NCBI GenBank assembly: GCA_963711835.1
Contig: CAVQFQ010000005.1
Span: 128,001 to 192,000 of the forward strand
Source: an uncultured delta proteobacterium
Lineage (GTDB): Bacteria; Desulfobacterota; RBG-13-43-22
Direction: 5' to 3'
Length of the DNA: 64,000 nt
Shown here: positions 41,162 through 50,697 of the stretch, in pieces
How the letters are laid out: each line of letters opens with the position of its first letter
Numbering within the stretch: position 1 is the stretch's first letter
The notes under the pieces: generated by a model
Told to the model about the DNA's origin: nothing
The model's input: only the letters and a program-made list of their open reading frames with translations
The model's database searches: none
Translations under genes and position numbers: made by a program

Positions 41162-42223
41162 TTATCGAATTTTGCGGATCCGGCCATTCGGATCGATCTG
41201 AAGTTCGAGGTTGTTTTTTAATCCGCTGGTCCCTCTTTTGATGATTTGAATCCCCTCCCCTTCCGGATCAACTTCCGGCAGACCCCCCTTAACCAATATT
41301 AAAGGGACCAATTGCCCCTCCAGGAAGTCTCCGTTCTCCAGGGCCAATTCAGCCTTCAGGATGGTGCTTATTCCCATGGGCCCCTTGAGATTGAACATTC
41401 CGTAGGTCAAAAAATTCCCCAGGCTGTAGGCAATCAATTTGTCCCGGTAAATCTCCATGGGACGGAGGACGTGCGGCCCGTGCCCGAGTACTAGATCCGC
41501 TCCGGCATCAACGACCGATCGGGAAAAATGGACCACATTGCCTCGGTTCTCTCCCATAAAAATTTCGTTTCCTTGGGCAAGGCGGAGAGCGTCTTTTCCT
41601 TCCGCGCCTCCATGGAAAGAGACAATCACCAGGTCATAGGCTTCCTTCAGACGACCGACGATCTCCCGCGCCCGGGGAATATCCAAAAGAGAAAAACTGG
41701 TTGGGGAAGGGGTAAAGGAAAAACCGACCAGGGCTACGCTCCGCTCCTTAATCTCAAAGACTGCGATTTGGCTGCCCCCCAGGCCTTTTATCCCCAGGGC
41801 CTTCAGGGTCTCCAGTGTACTTTGGATCCCTTCCCATCCGAAATCGAAGCTGTGATTATTGGCCAGATTCAAGGCATTAAAACCGGCCTGCTTCAGATAG
41901 GTCCCGTATCGGGTGGGACTTTTGAATTCAAAACACCAGCGGCTTTTTTCATCTTTACATTTGGCCTGCTCTCCCTCATCCAATAACGGACCTTCCAGGT
42001 TGCCGAAAACAATATCTCCGCCCTTTAAATAGTCTCCGACCTCTTTAAAGATCTCCTTCCCGTCGTTGGGCGGCAGATTCCCCCGGGATCCGGTAGAACC
42101 CATCATAATGTCCCCAACGGCCACCACAGTCAGGGTCTTGCCGGCCCCGGCTTGTAAGATCCCAAAGGCCGCCAACACGCATAACCAACAGAGGCCGAAG
42201 ATAAAAACCGTTTTAATCCTCAC
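41162..42223 (-). CDS. CapA/PGA_cap family metallophosphoesterase-like protein
   Basis: VGDIM, GNLEG, LANNH, SFHGGAE, GHGPHV and YSLGNF. Start set at GTG 42223. Confidence 0.9.
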   Translation of the reverse strand: MRIKTVFIFGLCWLCVLAAFGILQAGAGKTLTVVAVGDIMMGSTGSRGNLPPNDGKEIFKEVGDYLKGGDIVFGNLEGPLLDEGEQAKCKDEKSRWCFEFKSPTRYGTYLKQAGFNALNLANNHSFDFGWEGIQSTLETLKALGIKGLGGSQIAVFEIKERSVALVGFSFTPSPTSFSLLDIPRAREIVGRLKEAYDLVIVSFHGGAEGKDALRLAQGNEIFMGENRGNVVHFSRSVVDAGADLVLGHGPHVLRPMEIYRDKLIAYSLGNFLTYGMFNLKGPMGISTILKAELALENGDFLEGQLVPLILVKGGLPEVDPEGEGIQIIKRGTSGLKNNLELQIDPNGRIRKIR

Positions 42224-42296
42224 CAAACGATCCTTTTTGGTTTGACTAAAGGCTAACCAAAGATAATTGAAATATTTCTCCACCGTTGATCATTTG

Positions 42297-42511
42297 GGTG
42301 GTTGGGTATCTTGTTTTTGAGTTTTCCAAAAGGGGACTCGGCGCCATAATTCCGGCCCGAATCAGTTAAGTCGATTAGGAGAAGGGCATTCACCCAACCT
42401 CTTTTGGCGCTTTGGTTTGGGCCTGCACCGAAAACAATTTTGAAATTTGGCCCGGGAACGAAGCTCCTGGCGTTTAGATGGAAAACTCAAAAAACAAGAT
42501 ACCCAACCACC
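42297..42511. repeat. Element B copy 2 (215 bp)
   Basis: GGTGGTTGGGTATCTTGTTTTTGAGTTTTCCA ... TGGAAAACTCAAAAAACAAGATACCCAACCACC. Core has CCGGCCCG, GGGCATTCA, GGCCTG and AATTTGGCCCGG, as in B1. Confidence 0.9.
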
Positions 42512-42749
42512 TTATTTGGGAAGTCAGAGATAAATTCTCAAAATAGGCTGACTAAGCAACTAATGAGACCTTTATACTATAAAAAGGGAACCCTTGACAA
42601 CGGGCTAATAAAATTATAAAAATTAGAGGACCGGCCGGTGTTGGAAAAGCGAACCTATTTCAGGCCGGCCAATGGCTGTCAGGCAATAATTAAACGAACA
42701 TCGACAAGGAATTTAAAAGAATCCTTTCTATTTTGAAGAGACTCGCATA

Positions 42750-43229
42750 GTGAGCACCCGAAGACCGGCCGCACTTACCGGGCTTATTAAATTTTTAGCC
42801 TCGGGGACCTATCTCGGGTATAGTCCCCTGGCTTCCGGCACCTTCGGGTCCCTCTGGGGGATTCCGGCGGCTTTTTGGCTTTCTTCTCAAAGGCCGTTAA
42901 CCCAGGGGGTGATCCTGATTTTTTCGATCCTCTTTTCCGTTTTCCTATCGGGGGAGGCAGCCGGGATTTGGGGGGAGAAAGATCCGTCAAAAGTCGTCGT
43001 GGACGAAATTGTCGGCTATATGACCGCCATGGTTTTTCTCCCTTTTTCCTGGGCCACGGCCTGGACCGGGTTTGTTGTTTTCAGGGTCATGGATGTCTGG
43101 AAACCGTTTCCCATCCGGAATATTGATCGGGATCTCCCCGGAGGCTGGGGGATCGTTTTGGATGATGTTCTGGCCGGGGTTTACACCCAGGTCCTGCTGC
43201 GGTTCTTATTGGCTTATCGGGTCCTATAA
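42750..43229 (+). CDS. pgpA: Phosphatidylglycerophosphatase A
   Basis: GTFGS, DPSKVVVDE, FRVMDVWKPFPI and GGWGIVLDD. Confidence 0.94.
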   Translation: MSTRRPAALTGLIKFLASGTYLGYSPLASGTFGSLWGIPAAFWLSSQRPLTQGVILIFSILFSVFLSGEAAGIWGEKDPSKVVVDEIVGYMTAMVFLPFSWATAWTGFVVFRVMDVWKPFPIRNIDRDLPGGWGIVLDDVLAGVYTQVLLRFLLAYRVL

Positions 43230-43231
43230 TC

Positions 43232-44494
43232 ATGGAACTACGGGTTGAAATCATAGGCATCGGCAACGAATTGATCACCGGGCGGATCTTCGACCGGAAT
43301 GCCGGTTATGCTGCCGGGCGGCTGCATTCCAATGGATTTAAAGTAACCCGCATCCTATTTGTCGGCGATTACCCCCAAGCCATACGAACCGCCTTAAAGG
43401 AGGCCCAAAAGCGCGCCGATGCGGTTTTAGTAACCGGAGGACTGGGGGGGACCCTGGATGACATTACGGTTGAAGTGGTCAGTCGCGTTTTCAACCGTCC
43501 TCTGGTCCTTCATCCGGACCTTGAAAGTCAACTAAAACGCTATCTCAAAAAGAGCTCTATTCCCTGGGATCCCCTCTTCGAAAAAATGGCCTGGTTGCCG
43601 GAAGGCGTGGAATTGTTCCATCCCCGGCCGAAGGCCTGCGGTTTCTTCCTGGAAGAAAAAGGGAAACCTTTCTTTTTTCTCCCCGGGGTCCCGGCGGAAA
43701 TGCGCCGCCTCTTAGACCGTTGCATCATCCCTTATTTGCTGCACCGGCACCCCGGGCAAGGGGTCCTGAAGCAACGGATTTATAAGATCTTCGGCTTGTT
43801 GGAACCTGAAATCGACCATCGGCTGAAAGACCTTGAAAGCGGGGATAAAACCGTTCAGTTGGGATTCTATCCCAATTTTCCTGAAAATCACTTAACGGTA
43901 TTGGTCCGGGCGGAAAAAGCCCTTTCGGCGGAACGGAAGCTGGATAAACTGGAAAGGGTAATTGAAAAACGTCTTGGCCCCTATATCATCTCAAAAAACG
44001 ATCAAACCCTGGAACAGGTGGTCGGGGAATTGCTGCTGCAAAAAAAATGGACCCTCTCCATCGCCGAATCCTGCACCGGAGGGTTGATCGGCCATCGCCT
44101 GACCAGTTGCCCGGGCAGCTCGGCCTATTTTGATCGGGGGATGATTACTTACAGTAATCGGGCTAAAACGGAAATGTTGGGCGTACCCAAAAAGGTCCTG
44201 GTACGGTCCGGGGCCGTGAGCCGGGAAACGGCCCTTTTAATGGCCCGGGGCATTCGCGAAATCAGCAAGTCCAATCTGGGTCTGGCCGTCACTGGAATCG
44301 CGGGGCCGGGAGGGGGATCTCCCGAAAAACCGGTCGGAACGGTCTGGATCGCCCTCTCGTCTCCCAAGGGAGAAAAGGCCGTCCACTATCTCTTTGGCGG
44401 ACGCCGGGAGCAGGTCAAGATCCTTAGCGCCTATACGGCCTTGAACTGGGTCCGGAGGGTATTGATAGATGATTCGTGCCTTTTTAGCCCTTGA
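43232..44494 (+). CDS. cinA: CinA family protein (MoCF-like plus NMN deamidase)
   Basis: IGNELITG, TGGLG..DDIT, LPGVP, AESCTGG and TGIAGPGG. Confidence 0.94.
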   Translation: MELRVEIIGIGNELITGRIFDRNAGYAAGRLHSNGFKVTRILFVGDYPQAIRTALKEAQKRADAVLVTGGLGGTLDDITVEVVSRVFNRPLVLHPDLESQLKRYLKKSSIPWDPLFEKMAWLPEGVELFHPRPKACGFFLEEKGKPFFFLPGVPAEMRRLLDRCIIPYLLHRHPGQGVLKQRIYKIFGLLEPEIDHRLKDLESGDKTVQLGFYPNFPENHLTVLVRAEKALSAERKLDKLERVIEKRLGPYIISKNDQTLEQVVGELLLQKKWTLSIAESCTGGLIGHRLTSCPGSSAYFDRGMITYSNRAKTEMLGVPKKVLVRSGAVSRETALLMARGIREISKSNLGLAVTGIAGPGGGSPEKPVGTVWIALSSPKGEKAVHYLFGGRREQVKILSAYTALNWVRRVLIDDSCLFSP

Positions 44495-45035
44495 ATTTCC
44501 GGCTTCCATCAGGGAGAAGATAACCGGGTATATTAAAAGTCTTCAGAACGTTTCTCCCAAAACCAGATGGGTTAACCCCCGGCAGGTCCACTTGACTTTA
44601 AAATTTTTCGGCTCCCTGGAACAGGAGACCCTGGATCGGATCGCAACCGCTCTTGCTTCTCTCTTGACCAGCTTCGCCCCGTTCAGCCTCACCTTAAACG
44701 GTGCCGGAGGGTTTCCCAAGCTATTCCGCCCCAGGGTAATCTGGGTGGACTTAGGGGGTGAAAAGGAGTACCTGAAGGGACTGCAGCAGGCGCTGGAAGA
44801 AACCCTCTCCCCCTTGGGAATAGCGAGGGAAGACCGGCCCTTTCAGCCTCATTTGACCTTGGGCAGGAATAAAATCCCTGAGGTAAACGAGCCCTTGTAT
44901 CACCTTCTGAGAAATTGGGTCGAGCCCGAATCGGAGCCCTTCCGGGTCGACGAAGTTATTTTATTCCAAAGTGATTTGAAGCCCGGGGGACCCGTTTATA
45001 CCAAATTGAAAGTCTTCCCTTTGGGAGAAAAATAA
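44469..45035 (+). CDS. thpR: RNA 2',3'-cyclic phosphodiesterase
   Basis: Two HLTL motifs. Confidence 0.93.
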   Translation: MIRAFLALEFPASIREKITGYIKSLQNVSPKTRWVNPRQVHLTLKFFGSLEQETLDRIATALASLLTSFAPFSLTLNGAGGFPKLFRPRVIWVDLGGEKEYLKGLQQALEETLSPLGIAREDRPFQPHLTLGRNKIPEVNEPLYHLLRNWVEPESEPFRVDEVILFQSDLKPGGPVYTKLKVFPLGEK

Positions 45036-45084
45036 AAGAAATAAGGACTAACCTTTTTAAAAAAAATTAAATTCAGGGGGAACT

Positions 45085-46095
45085 ATGAAACAAGACGGTG
45101 ATAAAAACAAGGCGGTTGAAATGGCTATGACCCAAATTGAAAAACAGTTCGGCAAGGGATCGATCATGCGCCTTGGGTCCGAAGCCTTAAACGTTGATAT
45201 CCCGGTCATTCCCACAGGCGCCTTATCGCTGGACATTGCCACCGGCATCGGAGGGATACCCCGGGGGCGAGTCATCGAAATCTTCGGACCCGAATCCTCG
45301 GGAAAAACCACCCTGGCCCTGCATACCATTGCCGAGGCCCAAAAACGGGGCGGGATGGCCGCTTTTATTGATGCCGAACATGCCCTGGATGTGAATTATG
45401 CCAGCAAGCTGGGAGTAAACTGCGATGACCTACTGGTATCCCAGCCCGATAACGGCGAACAGGCCCTTGAAATCGCCGAAATTTTGGTCCGCAGCGGTGC
45501 CATGGATATTGTCGTTGTGGATTCTGTGGCCGCCCTGGTCCCCCGGGCTGAGATCGAGGGCGAGATGGGTGACGCTCATATGGGTCTGCAGGCCCGGCTC
45601 ATGTCCCAGGCCTTGCGGAAGTTGACCGGTACGATCAGTAAGACCCATACCTCTCTGATCTTTATCAACCAGATCCGTCATAAAATCGGAGTCATGTTCG
45701 GAAACCCTGAGACCACTACCGGAGGCAATGCCTTAAAATTTTACGCCTCCCTCCGGCTGGATATACGCAAAATCGGGGCCCTCAAAGACGGCCAGGAAAT
45801 CATCGGCAACCGGACCCGAGTCAAGGTAGTCAAGAATAAGATTGCCCCCCCTTTCAAGGAAGCGGAATTCGATATCCTCTTCGGAGAAGGGATTTCGGTG
45901 GAGGGGGATGTTTTGGACTTGGGGGTGGCCCATGATATCGTCGAAAAAAGCGGGACCTGGTATTCCTATAAAGGAAACCGGATCGGTCAGGGCCGGGAAA
46001 ATGCCAGGATTTATCTCCGGGAACACCCCGAGATGCTGCAGGAAGTGGAAACCCAAATCAAAGAGGCCTACGGTCTGATCAGGGAAAAACCGTAA
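45085..46095 (+). CDS. recA: Recombinase A
   Basis: [22 protein letters not shown] and GGNALKFY. Confidence 0.99.
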   Translation: MKQDGDKNKAVEMAMTQIEKQFGKGSIMRLGSEALNVDIPVIPTGALSLDIATGIGGIPRGRVIEIFGPESSGKTTLALHTIAEAQKRGGMAAFIDAEHALDVNYASKLGVNCDDLLVSQPDNGEQALEIAEILVRSGAMDIVVVDSVAALVPRAEIEGEMGDAHMGLQARLMSQALRKLTGTISKTHTSLIFINQIRHKIGVMFGNPETTTGGNALKFYASLRLDIRKIGALKDGQEIIGNRTRVKVVKNKIAPPFKEAEFDILFGEGISVEGDVLDLGVAHDIVEKSGTWYSYKGNRIGQGRENARIYLREHPEMLQEVETQIKEAYGLIREKP

Positions 46096-46152
46096 CCTAC
46101 TAAGCGTTCGGCGTTCGGCTCTTAGCGAATACCCAAAAAAATTCGAGCAAAA

Positions 46153-46252
46153 GAGTTTGTCCCAAGGTTACGTGATTTTTAAGCACTTCATTCGTCGAGT
46201 GCTTCAGGGGTCTTCATTTCAAGGATTGTCCGCCAAAACGCCGGTAGCCTGA
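46153..46252. repeat. Fragment of the C+B composite with the B core in the opposite orientation
   Basis: 46153-46198 matches the reverse complement of 50636-50681, while 46199-46252 matches 50420-50473 directly. Confidence 0.88.
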
Positions 46253-46276
46253 GCGCTTTTATAGAAAGGATTTAAT

Positions 46277-48925
46277 TTGAAGACCGGGAAAGAGATTCGC
46301 CAGGAATTCCTGGACTATTTCAAACAACAGGGCCATGACATCGTTCGGAGCGCCTCCCTGATCCCCAGGGATGACCCGAGCCTGCTCTTTACCAATGCCG
46401 GTATGGTGCCCTTTAAACGGGTCTTTTTAGGGGAAGAACACCGGGATTATGTGCGAGCCGCTTCCAGCCAAAAATGTGTCCGGGCCGGGGGGAAACACAA
46501 CGATCTGGAAAATGTGGGCCGGACCGCCCGCCATCACACTTTTTTTGAAATGCTGGGTAATTTCTCCTTCGGCGATTATTTTAAGACCGAGGCCATTCGC
46601 CTGGCCTGGAATCTCTTAACCCAGGTTTATGGACTGCCCCCCCAACCCCTATACGCCTCGGTCTACAGGGAAGACGAGGAGGCCTATCGGATCTGGCACG
46701 ACGAGATAGGCCTGCCCCAAGAACGCATTGTACGTCTGGGGGAAAAGGATAATTTCTGGTCCATGGGCGATACCGGGCCCTGCGGCCCCTGTTCGGAGAT
46801 CCTGGTCGATCTGGGACCCGAAGCAGGCTGCCGACGGCCGGAATGCGCTCCGGGTTGTGATTGCGACCGTTACCTGGAAATATGGAACCTGGTCTTTATG
46901 CAATATAACCGGGATCAGGAGGGCCGGCTGACCCCCCTGCCCAAACCCAGTATCGACACCGGGATGGGCTTGGAACGGATCACAGCTGTGCTTCAGGGAG
47001 TGGCCAATAATTTTCAGACCGATCTCTTCCGGGAAATTATCCGGCGGATCGAAAAAATTTCCGGCGTCTCGATAGGCCAACAGGATTCCACCGATGTATC
47101 CATCAAAGTCATCGCCGACCATAGCCGGGCCTTGGCCTTCCTGCTGGCCGATGGCGCCATACCCTCCAATGAAGGCCGGGGCTACGTGGTGCGTCGTATT
47201 TTGCGGCGGGCCTCCCGGCACGGCAAGGTCCTGGGTATTGAAAACCCTTTTCTCTTCGGCCTCTGTGAGGTCGTGGCGGAGACCATGTCCGATGCCTATC
47301 CGGAAGTCAGGGAACAGATCCCCTTTACCGCCCAAATCGTCCGCAGGGAAGAAGAACGTTTTCTGGAAACCCTGGACCATGGCCTGAAGCTCCTGTCCGA
47401 GGAAATAGACCGCCTGCATCAAAGCGACGGCCGGGTTTTACCGGGGGCCCTGATCTTCAAGTTATACGATACCTATGGATTTCCCTTGGATATTATTCAG
47501 GATGTCGTCCGGGAGCATAACCTGGAGCTCGATCAGGAAGGCTTCCAGGCTCATATGAAAAAGCAGCGGGAGATGTCCCGCCAGGCCTGGAAGGGAAGCG
47601 GGGAGCGGGAAATTAAAGAGGTCTACAAGACCCTGATGGGCAAAAGGCTGACCAATACCTTTGTCGGGTATGAAACTCTGGAAAAGGAATCCGAGATCCT
47701 GGCCCTGATTCAGGAAGGACAGGAAATGACCCGGATCGAACACCCCGGGGAGGTGGAGGTCGTGGTGGCGGAAACCCCCTTCTATGCCGAATCGGGCGGA
47801 CAGATCGGGGATCAGGGATCCTTGACGGCCGAACAAGGCCTGCTTTCCATTGAAGAAACCTATGCCCTTCCCAGCGGGCTGATCCTGCATCGGGGCCGGA
47901 TGCAGGCCGGATCCCTGGCTGTTGGGGATAAAGTAATCTTATCGGTTTCCAAGGATTGGCGGGCCCCGACGGCTCTTAACCATACCGCCACCCACCTGCT
48001 GCATGGGTCTTTGCGCCTTATTTTTGGAGAACAGGTCAAGCAGGCCGGCTCTCTGGTCACCCCTCAGCGCCTGCGCTTTGATTTTACCCATTTTTCGGCT
48101 TTGACCTTTGAGGAACTCCAGGGTGTGGAGGAAATGGTCACTACCCAGATCCTTCAAAACTGGCCGATCGAGACCCGGATTCTGGATTATGAATCAGCCC
48201 GGGCCACCGGGGCCATCGCCCTTTTTGAAGAACGCTACGGAGACCGGGTTCGCCTGGTCCGGATGGGAGATTTTAGTCAGGAATTATGCGGCGGAACGCA
48301 TACCCGGCGGACCGGGGACATCGGACCCTTTAAGATTATTTCCGAGGCCAGTGTGGCCGCCGGGGTCCGGCGAATCGAAGCCGTTACCGGGAAAGAGGCC
48401 CTGAAATTCATCCACCAGGAGGAAGCCCGGCTCCAGGCCCTGGGAGAACTCTTAAAAGTCCAACCTGATGAATTGCTTCCCCGTCTGGAAAGGCTCCTGG
48501 CCCACCAAAAAGAACTGGAAAAGACCGTTGCCCGCTTAAATAAATCCCTCCTGGGCGGCGGTGGGCTGGAAACCTTCTTATCCCAGGCCAGACTGGTAAA
48601 GGGAGTAAAGGTCCTCTCCATCCCCGTGCCGGTTGAAGAGGCCAAAGAGCTTCGAGACTTGGCCGATTCCCTGCGTGACCGTTTAGGATCAGGGATTATC
48701 ATCCTGGGGGGAGTTAAAGGGGATAAGGTCCTCCTGGTTACCGTGGTATCCAAGGACCTGATATCCAAATTTCAGGCCGGAAAGATTATCAAGACCATTG
48801 CCAGGGCCCTGGGCGGGGACGGGGGCGGCCGGCCCGATATGGCCCAAGCCGGGGGCACGCGACCGGATTTGCTCGAGACTACTCTGGCCCGGGTCTATGA
48901 CTGGATAAACCTCGAAGTTGCATAA
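46277..48925 (+). CDS. alaS: Alanine--tRNA ligase
   Basis: LFTNAGM, HHTFFEMLGNFSFGDYFK, NHTATHLL, CGGTH and GGGRPDMAQAGG. Confidence 0.99.
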   Translation: MKTGKEIRQEFLDYFKQQGHDIVRSASLIPRDDPSLLFTNAGMVPFKRVFLGEEHRDYVRAASSQKCVRAGGKHNDLENVGRTARHHTFFEMLGNFSFGDYFKTEAIRLAWNLLTQVYGLPPQPLYASVYREDEEAYRIWHDEIGLPQERIVRLGEKDNFWSMGDTGPCGPCSEILVDLGPEAGCRRPECAPGCDCDRYLEIWNLVFMQYNRDQEGRLTPLPKPSIDTGMGLERITAVLQGVANNFQTDLFREIIRRIEKISGVSIGQQDSTDVSIKVIADHSRALAFLLADGAIPSNEGRGYVVRRILRRASRHGKVLGIENPFLFGLCEVVAETMSDAYPEVREQIPFTAQIVRREEERFLETLDHGLKLLSEEIDRLHQSDGRVLPGALIFKLYDTYGFPLDIIQDVVREHNLELDQEGFQAHMKKQREMSRQAWKGSGEREIKEVYKTLMGKRLTNTFVGYETLEKESEILALIQEGQEMTRIEHPGEVEVVVAETPFYAESGGQIGDQGSLTAEQGLLSIEETYALPSGLILHRGRMQAGSLAVGDKVILSVSKDWRAPTALNHTATHLLHGSLRLIFGEQVKQAGSLVTPQRLRFDFTHFSALTFEELQGVEEMVTTQILQNWPIETRILDYESARATGAIALFEERYGDRVRLVRMGDFSQELCGGTHTRRTGDIGPFKIISEASVAAGVRRIEAVTGKEALKFIHQEEARLQALGELLKVQPDELLPRLERLLAHQKELEKTVARLNKSLLGGGGLETFLSQARLVKGVKVLSIPVPVEEAKELRDLADSLRDRLGSGIIILGGVKGDKVLLVTVVSKDLISKFQAGKIIKTIARALGGDGGGRPDMAQAGGTRPDLLETTLARVYDWINLEVA

Positions 48926-49045
48926 AAATTGATCGATAAATGGTCTTTTCTAAATTAAAATGGTGTGTTCTAACGATTTTGGAGTTGAGACCATAATTCA
49001 CTCCAGGTGAGGATTACCATCCTAAAAAGTATCGATCAATTTTTA
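48923..49045. mobile_element. MITE-like element E (123 bp, perfect 16-bp terminal inverted repeat)
   Basis: TAAAAATTGATCGATA ... TATCGATCAATTTTTA. The first 3 nt are the alaS stop codon. Confidence 0.72.
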
Positions 49046-49051
49046 CCCTTT

Positions 49052-49155
49052 GGGAAAGTCCGGGAAGTCACATCTCCTTTGTTTTCCAGGGCTCGCGGTA
49101 TGCATATACAACTTCGCCCTGGACGCCTCGGATCTGTAACTTCCGAAACTTTTGC
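49052..49155. mobile_element. MITE-like element G, with ends related to MITE C
   Basis: GGGAAAGTCCGGGAAGTCACATCTCC ... GGATCTGTAACTTCCGAAACTTT, with an internal CCAGGGC..GCCCTGG stem. Confidence 0.6.
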
Positions 49156-49181
49156 AACATCGAGGTAACCGAGGAAGGTCG

Positions 49182-50261
49182 CTAAGACTTACAGACGCCG
49201 TTTTTCAGATTCTGGTAGATGCGATCCGAGAGATAGCGGATCACGGTGCTCTTTCTCTTCCCCCACCCTTCTCCGGGTTTTTCCTTGTTTTCAATGAAAA
49301 CCGAAAGGACGTAATCGCGGGCACCGGGCTGGTTCTTCTGGTAAACGATCCCGCAATCGGCGTTCAGGCCCCGGACATAACCGGTTTTATCGGCTACGGC
49401 CGCCCCATCCTGTTTGATCTGATAGGTCTCGATCCGGTCATGGACATTTTTCAGCAGGATCTCGTTCATCTTCTGCGAAAAATGGGGACTGACTAATTTT
49501 TGTTCGTAAAGCAGGGAAAAAAATAAGGTGGCGTCGGCCGCCGAGGTTTGGTTAAGGTAGGTCCGGCCGCCGTCGGGAATAAGTTCCTTGACTTTGGTCT
49601 GGTGAAAGCCTAATTTTCGAAGCAAGACGTTGACGGCCACGAATCCTTGCACGGTGTTCCCCTGTCCCAGACGCCGGATGAGCTGGTTGGTGGCCTGGTT
49701 GTCGCTCACGGCGATCATCCGCTCCATTTGGTGCTCCAACTCCGGGGTCTCCTGCAACTCCTGACGGGAAATCTGGTCGTAAACCGTGAGCATGACAAAG
49801 GGCTTTATCAGGCTGGCGGCGTTCCGGGGAACGGTACCATTGATATCCACCAGCATCTTCTTTTCGAAAAGATCATAGATCTGGAGAGAGACCTCATCGC
49901 CGGACTGAAGATGCTTGATGGCGCGCAGATAAAGGATTTCATTCTCCACCAGGTTTTGCAGAGAACCGTTGGCATTCAGGCTGAGGGGTTTAATCGGATA
50001 GCCCGGCGCAGGCCGATTCCGCCGGACCGAGCCAAGGGGCTTGGAAGCGGAGGCTCTCCTTTTCTTTTGTTTGCTGAGGGAGGATTTCCTGAGGGCCTTC
50101 TTTTTTTTTATTTTTTTACTTTTAGTCTTCTTCTCTGAAAGGGTTTGGGATTTGGTTGCAGCCCAAGCTTGGGACGGCACGGCCCCGGAAGCGATTGAAG
50201 CCGCCAGGAATAGCAGGACGGTTAAAAGAGAGAAAAGCGATTTTTTCTTGAACAGGGCCAT
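49182..50261 (-). CDS. Class A beta-lactamase-like serine hydrolase with a Lys-rich linker
   Basis: Signal peptide, SLIK (SxxK), SDN and KTG motifs. Confidence 0.88.
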   Translation of the reverse strand: MALFKKKSLFSLLTVLLFLAASIASGAVPSQAWAATKSQTLSEKKTKSKKIKKKKALRKSSLSKQKKRRASASKPLGSVRRNRPAPGYPIKPLSLNANGSLQNLVENEILYLRAIKHLQSGDEVSLQIYDLFEKKMLVDINGTVPRNAASLIKPFVMLTVYDQISRQELQETPELEHQMERMIAVSDNQATNQLIRRLGQGNTVQGFVAVNVLLRKLGFHQTKVKELIPDGGRTYLNQTSAADATLFFSLLYEQKLVSPHFSQKMNEILLKNVHDRIETYQIKQDGAAVADKTGYVRGLNADCGIVYQKNQPGARDYVLSVFIENKEKPGEGWGKRKSTVIRYLSDRIYQNLKNGVCKS

Positions 50262-50269
50262 GTAGACCC

Positions 50270-50296
50270 ATTATAGAAACTTTTTTTTTCTGTCAA
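50270..50296 (-). promoter_or_regulatory. Candidate sigma70 promoter for a near-leaderless transcript
   Basis: Minus strand TTGACA-15nt(poly-A)-TATAAT, 8 nt before the ATG. Confidence 0.5.
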
Positions 50297-50349
50297 GAAT
50301 TATTAAATCGGTTTCCTCCAAGGGCATTAAATAATTTGACTTTTTTTTA

Positions 50350-50681
50350 GGGATAGTCCCAAAGTTACATGATTCTCAAACCGAAGGGGTAGCCTCTTAA
50401 AATATTAAATCACCCCAAAGGGCTTCAGGGGTCTTGATTTCAAGGATTGTCCGCCAAAACGCCAGTAGCCTGAACCCGGGCAGGAAGTTTATAATGGGGT
50501 TTAGAAACAGGCCAACACCAAAGTCCCGCCTCGGCGGGATGAATGCCCGGCTCCCAACCAACTTAGAAATTCGGGCCGGGTTGGGGCTACGGATTACCCT
50601 TTCGGACAACCTTGAAATCAAGACCCCTGAAGCCCTCGACAAATGGTTAGGTTAAAAATCACGTAACGTTGGGACAAACTC
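50350..50681. mobile_element. MITE C containing element B3, with 8-bp TSD TTTTTTTA
   Basis: GGGATAGTCCCAAAGTTACATGATT ... AATCACGTAACGTTGGGACAAACTC. Direct repeat at 50342-50349 and 50682-50689. Confidence 0.82.
50420..50635. repeat. Element B copy 3 (216 bp, reverse orientation to B1)
   Basis: GGGCTTCAGGGGTCTTGATTTCAAGGATTGTCCG ... CGGACAACCTTGAAATCAAGACCCCTGAAGCCC. Confidence 0.92.
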
Positions 50682-50697
50682 TTTTTTTACGAGGATC

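Noticed and set aside
42240-42575. Complete host MITE around B2
   Set aside because: Only an A-like right end is visible. I found no convincing left repeat or TSD.
50466-50495. TATAAT inside the B3 core as an invertible promoter
   Set aside because: The -35 match is poor and the hexamer is absent from B1, B2 and B4.
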